Shown: positions 56,026 through 64,000 of the stretch, in pieces
Numbering within the stretch: position 1 is the stretch's first letter
How the letters are laid out: each line of letters opens with the position of its first letter
Assembly: GCA_050309605.1 (NCBI GenBank)
Contig: JBNRMN010000063.1
Location: 32,001-96,000, forward strand
Source: Anaerohalosphaeraceae bacterium
GTDB lineage: Bacteria; Planctomycetota; Phycisphaerae; Sedimentisphaerales; Anaerohalosphaeraceae
Length of the DNA stretch: 64,000 nucleotides
Direction: 5' to 3'
Program-made: the position numbers and the translations under genes
The notes under the pieces: model-generated
Told to the model about the DNA's origin: nothing
The model's input: only the letters and a program-made list of their open reading frames with translations
Database searches by the model: none

Positions 56026-57411
56026 TTAGTCCATCGCCAACCGCCGGATCACATCGACGGCCGCCTCAAGACCGGCGGTCCGCGAGCCTTTGACCAGTAT
56101 TATATCGGCAGGACGGATAAAACTGTGCAATTTATCACACAACTCGGCGGTATCGGCAAAGAATTTGCAGGCATCGGCATCCAGCCCGCCTTCGGCCGCA
56201 CCGGTGATGATCTGCGGCGCAAACGGTCCGCAGGCCAGCAGACACGCGACGCCGGCGCGTGCGGCCTGGTGTCCAAGCTGATGGTGCAGTTGGGCCGCAA
56301 GTGATCCCAGCTCGCCCATACTGCCGGCGACAAACACCGCACGCCGTCCGGTTCGCCCGCTCAGACGCGACAGGGCCTCCAGTGCATTGCTCATCGAGGC
56401 GGGATTGGCGTTGTAGCAGTCGTTCAGCAGGGTCATACGTCCGATAGTTTCAGCCGCAAGTCGCATGGGAATCGGCGAAACGGTCTGAATTGCCTCGATA
56501 AAGTCCGATAACGCAACCTTAAGGTCGCGGCAAATCGACCAAACGGTCAGCACATTCATCAAATTGGCCCGACCGGGCAGGGGAACGTCAACGGTCTTGC
56601 CCTCAATCGTCAGCCGTCCGGTCAGCCCGTCCGAAGCCAGGTCCGTTCCGATAATATCACAACCGGCAGTCGTCCCGAAGGTTTTGACCCGACATCCGAG
56701 TGTTTTAGCGTATTCGGCCAGTTCGGGCTGATCGCCGTTGACATAGAGCGTGCCGTCGGCGTTGAGACCTTTGGCGATCGATGTTTTTTCAACAAGAATG
56801 TTCTCTATACTGCCAAAGCCTTCCAGGTGTGCCGGTCCGATAAGCGTAATGCAGGCCGCGTCCGGTTTGGCAATTCGGGCAAGCAGTTCAATCTCGCCGG
56901 GATGATTGGTCCCCAGCTCCAGCAGCAGCATCTCGCTGTCCGGCGGCGCGGCAAGAATCGTCAGCGGCACGCCGATATGGTTGTTGAAACTTTTGACGGC
57001 CTGGTGACAGCGGTAAAAGCGGCTCAGCACATGATGCAGGATATGGCGCGTAGTGGTCTTGCCCGCCGAGCCGGTCATGGCGATGACATGGGCTGAAAGC
57101 TGTCGGCGATACCACCGCGCCAGCGTCGCCAGTGCACCGAGCACACTGTGGACTACAATCACCGGCACGGCCTTATCGGACGGCAAATCAATCGCACGCT
57201 CGGCGATGATGCAGGCGGCCCCTTTGCCGGCGACCTCGGCGGCAAAGTCATGTCCGTCGAAGTGTTCGCCCCTGACGGCGAAAAACGCCTGTCCGGGCCG
57301 GATCGTGCGCGAATCAATCGCTGCCCCGCGAATCGGCGTATCGGGCTTAATCGCGGTCGAACACTCAGCGCCCAACACGGCAATAACATTTTGTATGGTG
57401 GTTGCGATCAT
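56026..57411 (-). CDS. murF: UDP-MurNAc-tripeptide--D-Ala-D-Ala ligase
   Basis: TGSAGKTTT, NNHIGVPLT, NDCYNANP, KGSR. Confidence 0.95.
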   Translation of the reverse strand: MIATTIQNVIAVLGAECSTAIKPDTPIRGAAIDSRTIRPGQAFFAVRGEHFDGHDFAAEVAGKGAACIIAERAIDLPSDKAVPVIVVHSVLGALATLARWYRRQLSAHVIAMTGSAGKTTTRHILHHVLSRFYRCHQAVKSFNNHIGVPLTILAAPPDSEMLLLELGTNHPGEIELLARIAKPDAACITLIGPAHLEGFGSIENILVEKTSIAKGLNADGTLYVNGDQPELAEYAKTLGCRVKTFGTTAGCDIIGTDLASDGLTGRLTIEGKTVDVPLPGRANLMNVLTVWSICRDLKVALSDFIEAIQTVSPIPMRLAAETIGRMTLLNDCYNANPASMSNALEALSRLSGRTGRRAVFVAGSMGELGSLAAQLHHQLGHQAARAGVACLLACGPFAPQIITGAAEGGLDADACKFFADTAELCDKLHSFIRPADIILVKGSRTAGLEAAVDVIRRLAMD

Positions 57412-57428
57412 GGAATACAAGTTTCCCG

Positions 57429-58862
57429 CTACAGGCACGCCAGCGCCTCCTGAGCCGCCAGAACATCGCTGAAGTTGTGTTTCTTAGTACCGATGATTTG
57501 GTACGTTTCATGGCCTTTTCCGGCAATCAGGACGACATCGCCGTGCTGTGCCTGCGAAACGGCTCGAAAGATGGCCTTCTTGCGGTCCGGCTCAACGAAG
57601 ACATCGTTTCGTTTATCGGACGAAAAGCCTGCACAGATCTCCTTGATGATTGTCTGCGGGTCTTCGGTGCGGGGGTTGTCGCTGGTGACGATAATCTCAT
57701 CGGCCAGCGTCTCGGCGGCTCGCGCCATCCGCGGACGTTTGGTCTTGTCGCGGTCGCCGCCGCAGCCGAAGACGACCCACAGCCGCCCGCGGCAAATCGG
57801 CCGCAGCGTCGTGAGTACATTGGCCAGTGCGTCGTCAGTATGCGCATAATCAACAAACACGCGCAGACCCCGCCGCTCGGCCATCGGTGAGGCCACCGGC
57901 TCAAGACGACCGGGAACGTACTGCAGGGCCGACAATCCCTGGCTAATCGCCGACAGACTGAATCCGGCCGCCAGAGACAACCCGGCCGCGGCCAGGTGGT
58001 TGCTGATATTGTGCATCCCGCACAGCGGGGTCACAACTTTTTCCATCACTCCGCCGAATTGAATGCTGAATTCGCTGCCGGTATCGTCCATCCGATGGAT
58101 ATGAGCGATGACATCGGCCGGCTGCTCAATGGCATACCATAAAATCCGCCGCTTGATGCGGGCGGCGATGGCTTTGGCCGCCTCGGACTGGGCATTGAGC
58201 ACCGCCATCCCGTGGGGCGGCAGATTTTCAAACAGCGACGCTTTGGCCGTCAGATAGTTGTCCGATGTTTTGTGGTAGTCCAGATGATCGCCGGTCAGGT
58301 TGGTAAAGGCCGCTGCGGTAAACGCGATGCCCGCCAGGCGATGCTGGCTCAGGGCGTGGCTGCTGGCCTCGACCATCATATAGCGTGCGCCGCTGTCAAG
58401 TGCCTGCCGGGCCGTCTGAGCCAGGGTCAGTGCGTCCGGCGTGGTCAAAAGAGCCTCCACGGTCATTGAGCCGGCGCTATAGACAATCGTCCCGATCAGG
58501 GCACAGGATGCACCGGCCGTTTCAATGACCGACCGTACCAGATAGGCGGTCGTGGTCTTGCCGTTGGTGCCGGTCACTGCCAGATTGGTCATGTGACTGT
58601 TCGGGTTACCCCAGGCCGCCTGCGCCAGCAGGCCGAGGGCCTCTGCGCTGTTTTCCACAAGGACGCAATCGCCGTCGTTGGACGGCTGTTCGGCCACGAT
58701 ATACCGCGCGCCGCGCTGCCGCGCCGTCGGAATGAACTGATGACCGTCGGCCCGGACGCCGCGAATCGCCACAAAACAATCGCCCGGCTGAATCTGCCGC
58801 GAGTCGGCGCAGACTCGAATGCCGCCCGATTGCACTAAAGCCAATAATTGGGTAAATGTCAT
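57429..58862 (-). CDS. murE: UDP-MurNAc-L-Ala-D-Glu--meso-DAP ligase
   Basis: TGTNGKTTT, DHLDYH, DYAHT, GCGGDRD, SDNPR, GKGHE. Confidence 0.96.
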   Translation of the reverse strand: MTFTQLLALVQSGGIRVCADSRQIQPGDCFVAIRGVRADGHQFIPTARQRGARYIVAEQPSNDGDCVLVENSAEALGLLAQAAWGNPNSHMTNLAVTGTNGKTTTAYLVRSVIETAGASCALIGTIVYSAGSMTVEALLTTPDALTLAQTARQALDSGARYMMVEASSHALSQHRLAGIAFTAAAFTNLTGDHLDYHKTSDNYLTAKASLFENLPPHGMAVLNAQSEAAKAIAARIKRRILWYAIEQPADVIAHIHRMDDTGSEFSIQFGGVMEKVVTPLCGMHNISNHLAAAGLSLAAGFSLSAISQGLSALQYVPGRLEPVASPMAERRGLRVFVDYAHTDDALANVLTTLRPICRGRLWVVFGCGGDRDKTKRPRMARAAETLADEIIVTSDNPRTEDPQTIIKEICAGFSSDKRNDVFVEPDRKKAIFRAVSQAQHGDVVLIAGKGHETYQIIGTKKHNFSDVLAAQEALACL

Positions 58863-59063
58863 CCGCTTCTCTGGTGTCGTAAAAATTCAATTTCAAAAAG
58901 CCACATTCATACTATCGGCCAAACGCGCGTTTGACAATAGCCCGATTGCCCCCGTACAAGCGAAGGAAGCCTTATCGCCCTGAAATTCCATTTGCATTGT
59001 TCCGGACAAGTCGATATGATACATTCCGTTTTGTGGGAGTCCCTTAAATCGAATGTCAACGCC

Positions 59064-59951
59064 GTGAAAACGCCGCCCGTGAACGAGACCTGGACCATAC
59101 AACGCCTGCTGAACTGGATTACGGAGTATTTTACCCGAAAGGGGATCGACAGCCCCCGTCTCAGTGCCGAGCTGCTGTTGTGTCACGTCCTTGAACTGGA
59201 GCGCATCCAGCTCTACACGTTGTTTGACCGTGTCGTGCACAAGCCGCAGCTTGACGCCCTGCACGCCCTGGTCAAGCGGGCCGCGGAACACGAGCCGGTG
59301 GCGTATCTGGTAGGGCGGTGCGAGTTTTATTCGCTGTCGCTGGCCATCACGCCGGACTGCCTGATTCCTCGTCCGGAAACGGAGCTGCTGGTCGAGCAGG
59401 CGATCCATTTTCTGCGCCGGCGCAACGGCCCGCAGGCCGTGCTGGATGTGTGTACGGGATCGGGCTGCATTGCCGCGGCCGTTGCCAAAAACGTCCCCGA
59501 TGCGACAGTCACCGCTGCCGACATTTGTGAAGCGGCCCTGTCGGTTGCGGCCAAAAACATCGAAACGCACGGCCTGGCCGAACGGGTGCGGCTGCTGTGC
59601 GGTGATCTGTTCGATCCGGTTATCAAGGGCCTTGACGCGCCGGCTTATGACTTGATTGTATCCAATCCGCCGTATGTCAGTCAGGCCGAGTACGACACGC
59701 TGGACAAAAACGTCAAAGATTATGAGCCGAAACACGCCCTGCTGGCCGGGGCTGACGGGCTGGATGTCTATCGGCGCATTGCAGCACAGGTCGGCGACTT
59801 TCTCAAACCCGACGGCGCGCTGATGCTGGAGATCGGCTATTTACAGGGCAAGGCCGTACGCGCCCTGCTCGAACAGACCGGCTTGTTCAGCGATATCCGA
59901 ATCGAAAAAGACCTCGCCGGCTGCGAGCGAATCGCCGTCGCCCGGCGATAG
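59064..59951 (+). CDS. prmC: Release factor glutamine methyltransferase (start uncertain, GTG at 59064 or 59079)
   Basis: EPVAYL, LIPRPETE, DVCTGSG, SNPPY. Confidence 0.95.
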   Translation: MKTPPVNETWTIQRLLNWITEYFTRKGIDSPRLSAELLLCHVLELERIQLYTLFDRVVHKPQLDALHALVKRAAEHEPVAYLVGRCEFYSLSLAITPDCLIPRPETELLVEQAIHFLRRRNGPQAVLDVCTGSGCIAAAVAKNVPDATVTAADICEAALSVAAKNIETHGLAERVRLLCGDLFDPVIKGLDAPAYDLIVSNPPYVSQAEYDTLDKNVKDYEPKHALLAGADGLDVYRRIAAQVGDFLKPDGALMLEIGYLQGKAVRALLEQTGLFSDIRIEKDLAGCERIAVARR

Positions 59952-59955
59952 CCCC

Positions 59956-60924
59956 TTACCATGGCGCACACCCGACCAGCCAGTACATCGCCAGCAGGCG
60001 CAGGTCGGCAAGATTGACCGCGTCATCGTAGTCGAAGTTGCCTTCTTCCCATGTCGCTGCGGGCATTGGCCCTGTCATCCAATAGGCCGCGACCGTCGCC
60101 ACATCCGCCAGATTGACACAGCCGTCTCGATTGGCATCGCCCGGTAGTGGCTCAGGCGCCGTGGTGGGATTGGACAGATTCAGTGCATGGCTTAGCTCCA
60201 GGCAGATGTCGTCCAGATAAACGGGGCCGAGGTTCACGCCGCTGGCGCCGCCGGCGGTTTTGATATGAAATGTTTTCAGGTCGCTGTTTTTGCCGGAGCG
60301 AAAATCAAAGACCTCATCGCTGTCGTCCCCGGCCAGCTTGTCAGCCGGATCGGCGTCAGCCCCCGGCACATCATTGAGCCAGATTTCGTAGCTGTTTTGC
60401 GCTGCATCAACCCGGACCCACACATTATACCAGCGATCCGCGGCCAACTGGGTTAAGACCTTGTAATTGCTGCCGTCATCGTCCCAGACGCGCAGGTCGA
60501 GATTCTGTGCACTGTTGGCCATGCCGATTTCCGGAGCAAAGTCGCTGAATTCCGACGGCCAGGTCAAATGCGACAGCCCAACGCTGAAGGTTTGCTTGCG
60601 GCTGACGCGCAGTCGCATAAAGAGCATCCGCGTTGTCCCGTTCAGGACGCCGACGTATTCAAGCCCCAGCGATTTTCGCAGAATGGATGACTCGGACGGC
60701 ACATATAGGCATTGGTTGTCTGGATTGTCCGGGTCGGCGACGACTGCGATATTGACGCTGCCGGACATCCAGCCGTCCTGCCCGCCGACCGGACCGAGCA
60801 GCTTGTCCTGAAAATCGTCAAACAACCGGTAATCTGCCCGTACCTCGGCGCCCATCATTGCCGTAAACGCTGCCGCGATGAACAACCCAAACAGTGAACA
60901 AACTGGAAATGATCTACTTTGCAT
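59956..60924 (-). CDS. Secreted protein with beta-sandwich domain and C-terminal dockerin-like EF-hand pair
   Basis: AGGAG RBS, signal peptide, GDANRDGCVNLADV and GNFDYDDAVNLADL. Confidence 0.75.
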   Translation of the reverse strand: MQSRSFPVCSLFGLFIAAAFTAMMGAEVRADYRLFDDFQDKLLGPVGGQDGWMSGSVNIAVVADPDNPDNQCLYVPSESSILRKSLGLEYVGVLNGTTRMLFMRLRVSRKQTFSVGLSHLTWPSEFSDFAPEIGMANSAQNLDLRVWDDDGSNYKVLTQLAADRWYNVWVRVDAAQNSYEIWLNDVPGADADPADKLAGDDSDEVFDFRSGKNSDLKTFHIKTAGGASGVNLGPVYLDDICLELSHALNLSNPTTAPEPLPGDANRDGCVNLADVATVAAYWMTGPMPAATWEEGNFDYDDAVNLADLRLLAMYWLVGCAPW

Positions 60925-61226
60925 CTGTTTTCTCCTGTATTTGTCCGGCGCCTGGGCACCACTTCTGATGCATCCACAGGGTGTCATCGGTGCAGGACGT
61001 GTGTTTTCTCCGTTTACGCAAGGCACTCATCAGGAGTGCAAGACGCTTATTATTATCAGAGAAACGACAGACAAAAGCAAGAAAAAACCTGCCCCCAAAA
61101 TGCGCCGGCGGGCTGATGAACTTCCAAACACACGCTTGCTCCCTGTCCGGCGACAGGGTAATATATATCCCATTCAATGTGGTCGAAAATCCAGACGTGA
61201 AACTTAGGTTTAAGGAGTGTGTACTT

Positions 61227-63203
61227 ATGGGAACGATGCGATGGTCTTTGTGGATTCTGTTTGCCGTCTGCCTGACCGCTGCGACCGTGTCGGCGGACGT
61301 CCGGCTGCCGGCGGTCTTTTCCGATCAGATGGTGCTCCAGCAGCGCAGCAGCGTGGTCATTTGGGGCTGGGCCGAACCGGGCGAGCGGGTTCGAGTCAAA
61401 GGTTCCTGGCAGTGGCTGGGCGGCGCAACGACTGTCGCCGATGACCGGGGCCAGTGGCGCGTTCAGTTGAACACCCCCCGCGCCGGCGGACCGCACACGC
61501 TGACCGTTCAGGGCAACAATGAAATTGTCCTCAACGATGTGCTCATCGGCGAGGTCTGGCTCTGTTCGGGACAGTCGAATATGGAATGGACGTTTAGCCG
61601 ACTCAATACCAACGAGGCGCGAAACGCCGTTCAAACCGCCGATTTTCCTCACATTCGTCTGTTTACCGTTCAAAAAAATATCGCCCTTGAGCCGCAGGCC
61701 GACTGTACCGGCCAGTGGCAGATTTGCACGCCCGAAACGGTGCGCGAATTCTCGACGGTAGCGTATTACTATGGACGCGCGCTGCATCAGGCGCTCGATG
61801 TGCCCATCGGTCTGATCAATACCAGTTGGGGCGGCACGGTCGCCGAGGCCTGGACCAGTGCCGAGGCGTTGCGGGCGCACGGCGATTTTGAAGACGTGCT
61901 CGATCGCATCCAAAACCCCCAAGCGTATGAGCAGGCCGCCAAAGCCCGATTCGAAAAAGAACTGGACGAATGGGAAAAATCACTGGCTGCCATTGATCCC
62001 GGCACAAAAGAAAACTGGCACCATCCGCTCTATGACGACGGCGACTGGAAGACAATGGAGCTGCCGAGTCTCTGGAGCGGGACGGAACTGGCAGAGGTCG
62101 ATGGGATTGTGTGGTTTCGCCGGGTGACCAATCTGCCGCCCTCGTGGGCGCGTAATGACCTTGAACTGCATCTGGGGCCGATTGACGACATTGATACCGT
62201 GTGGGTCAACGGTGTGCAGATCGGCACCACCCGCGGGTGGGATAAGCCGCGAAAGTACCGGCTGCCGGCCTCTGTGTTGCGGGTCGGCCCGAATGTCATC
62301 GCCGTTCGCGTGATTGATTTGCGCAGCGAAGGCGGTTTCGGCGGAACCGAAGAGGATATGCGAATCGGCCCGCCCGGCGCTGACGTCAAAGCCTGTGCTA
62401 CGGTGGCCCGCACGTGGAAATACAAAGTCGGCTTTGCAGGGACCGTCCCGCCTCCGCCTCAGCCGGCTGAGCAGGCCGTCAATCAGAATACGCCGACCGC
62501 GCTTTACAACGCGATGATCCACCCGCTGATTCCCTTCCGCATTGCCGGAGCGATCTGGTATCAGGGCGAATCCAATCGGAACCGTGCGATCCAATATCGC
62601 ACGCTGTTTCCGGCGATGATTCGGGATTGGCGGAGCCAATGGGGACAGGGTCAGTTTCCGTTTTATTATGTGCAGATTGCCCCGTACAGTTACGGCAACA
62701 GCAAGGCGGTTGACTCGGCCCTGCTGCGCGAAGCCCAGATGCTGACGCTCAAGGCCGTGTCCAACGTCGGCATGGCCGTAACGATGGACATCGGCGAAGA
62801 AAACGACATCCATCCGCAAAATAAATGGGATGTCGGCAAACGGCTGAGCCTGTGGGCACTGGCACAGACCTACGATCAGCGCGATCTGGTCTATGCCGGG
62901 CCGCTGTATCGGTCCATGAAGGTTCAGGGCAATGCGATCCGCGTCTCGTTTGATCATGTCGGTTCGGGTTTGGTCGCCCAGGGCGGGCCGTTAACCGATT
63001 TTGAGATTGCCGGCATCGACCGCACGTTCGTCCCGGCCCAGGCCGTCATCGAAAGCCGCAATACCGTGCTGGTTTCCAGCCCTGACGTGCCCAACCCGGT
63101 GGCGGTGCGGTACGCCTTTAGAAACTGGGCGCAGCCGAATTTGTTCAACGCCGAAGGGCTGCCGGCCTCGTCGTTTCGAACGGACAATTGGCCGATTGAA
63201 TAA
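61227..63203 (+). CDS. Sialate O-acetylesterase family protein with inserted beta-galactosidase jelly-roll domain
   Basis: GEVWLCSGQSNM, WGGT, IWYQGESN, DIHP. Confidence 0.9.
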   Translation: MGTMRWSLWILFAVCLTAATVSADVRLPAVFSDQMVLQQRSSVVIWGWAEPGERVRVKGSWQWLGGATTVADDRGQWRVQLNTPRAGGPHTLTVQGNNEIVLNDVLIGEVWLCSGQSNMEWTFSRLNTNEARNAVQTADFPHIRLFTVQKNIALEPQADCTGQWQICTPETVREFSTVAYYYGRALHQALDVPIGLINTSWGGTVAEAWTSAEALRAHGDFEDVLDRIQNPQAYEQAAKARFEKELDEWEKSLAAIDPGTKENWHHPLYDDGDWKTMELPSLWSGTELAEVDGIVWFRRVTNLPPSWARNDLELHLGPIDDIDTVWVNGVQIGTTRGWDKPRKYRLPASVLRVGPNVIAVRVIDLRSEGGFGGTEEDMRIGPPGADVKACATVARTWKYKVGFAGTVPPPPQPAEQAVNQNTPTALYNAMIHPLIPFRIAGAIWYQGESNRNRAIQYRTLFPAMIRDWRSQWGQGQFPFYYVQIAPYSYGNSKAVDSALLREAQMLTLKAVSNVGMAVTMDIGEENDIHPQNKWDVGKRLSLWALAQTYDQRDLVYAGPLYRSMKVQGNAIRVSFDHVGSGLVAQGGPLTDFEIAGIDRTFVPAQAVIESRNTVLVSSPDVPNPVAVRYAFRNWAQPNLFNAEGLPASSFRTDNWPIE

Positions 63204-63225
63204 GCCAAAAAAAAATGAAAAATTT

Positions 63226-63256
63226 AAGCCCGGAAAACCGTTTCCGGGTTTTTTTA
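63226..63256 (+). terminator. Rho-independent terminator
   Basis: CCCGGAAA-ACCG-TTTCCGGG followed by T7. Confidence 0.85.
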
Positions 63257-63299
63257 TGGCGTTTTTTTCGGACCTTGCGGTCAATTCGCCCTCGAGCGT

Positions 63300-63329
63300 T
63301 TGACAGGCGGCATTGATTTTTGGTACAGT
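63300..63329 (+). promoter_or_regulatory. Putative sigma70 promoter
   Basis: TTGACA-18 bp-TACAGT with TG extension. Confidence 0.5.
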
Positions 63330-63551
63330 ACCGCCTTCGGAGAGTTGTGGTGTGGAAAGATCAACACCGGAAAAAGGAGTTTTCCATCTGAGTGTGTAAC
63401 AGCGCGCAGCGTCTTTCCGAAAACAATGGGGGGTGGTCTATCCATCCGGGTTTGCCCAACGAAGGGAGTCTCCCATGAGTTGTCGTTTCGGCCTCCGTGT
63501 CGGGGCCGCTGAAACGGGACATGAACTCTAATTTCAGAACGGGAGAATACG

Positions 63552-64000
63552 ATGAAAAAGATGATGCTGATGCTTGCGGTGCTGGCCGTGTGGGCCGCGC
63601 CGAGTCTGGCCGCTCCGACGTGTACCGTAACGACCGGAGGCGGCGCCTGGCCTCAATCGCCCTATACCGTGAACCTCACCGGCGATCTGAGCCAATGGCA
63701 GGCGTACCATATTACGTCCAATTTCAACACCTTCTGCGTGCAGAGCGGTGTTGTCTTCGAATTGAACAAGACGTATTACGTGACCATCGAAGACCAGATT
63801 CGTCAAGCTCCGACAATGCCGCTGGCCGATACCACCAAACAGCTTTATGCGGCCTATCTGAACGGTTCGCTGAGCGGCTATTCGGCCAATGAGGTTCAGG
63901 TGACGGTGTGGGATTCGCTCGGGATGACACCGATGTACAGCACCACGGCGACTTCGTTTTTGAGTGCGTTTCAGGCCAATCTGGGCAGTTATGACCTTAC
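63552..64000 (+). CDS. Secreted protein, truncated by window edge; possible thioester-domain / PEP-CTERM-type surface protein
   Basis: GGGAG RBS; MKKMMLMLAVLAVWAAPSLA signal; TFCVQ and VQVTVW motifs; frame open to the window end (not in the ORF track). Confidence 0.75.
   Translation, partial: MKKMMLMLAVLAVWAAPSLAAPTCTVTTGGGAWPQSPYTVNLTGDLSQWQAYHITSNFNTFCVQSGVVFELNKTYYVTIEDQIRQAPTMPLADTTKQLYAAYLNGSLSGYSANEVQVTVWDSLGMTPMYSTTATSFLSAFQANLGSYDL

Overview
GC-rich bacterial chromosomal window, most likely a planctomycete of the Phycisphaerae/Sedimentisphaerales type. That assignment is inference from the dockerin-like secreted proteins, LamG/PA14 giant protein and PilM-N-O/PilB/PilT/PilC cluster; no rRNA is present to confirm it. 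It holds about 52 CDS. Housekeeping genes: hemB, fused ahbAB plus ahbD-like radical SAM, riboflavin synthase, pdxA-rsmA-gmhA, coaB, ilvD, dinG-like, ispA-dxs-nadK, murE-murF-mraY, prmC. Carbohydrate genes: GH5-like with CBM, fucP-fucU, sialate O-acetylesterase, LacI regulator. Also a 1804-aa M6 metalloprotease, a type IV pilus/T2SS-like operon and a ~3 kb AT-rich island. The most unusual signals are non-coding or small. (1) A ~163-bp MITE-like element with a perfect 15-bp TIR and 5-bp TSD sits at gene 3' ends and supplies stop codons, so two unrelated genes end N-S-N-stop. (2) REP/REPIN hairpin doublets have covarying stems, and two copies bracket the GH5 gene. (3) Heptamer tandem arrays of differing sequence lie at gene junctions. 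(4) The AT-rich island carries a Pycsar-effector-like 3-TM protein and a DUF805/pseudo-receiver fusion. No CRISPR array, tRNA, rRNA, transposase or integrase was found. All family calls come from reading motifs by eye; no database searches were run.
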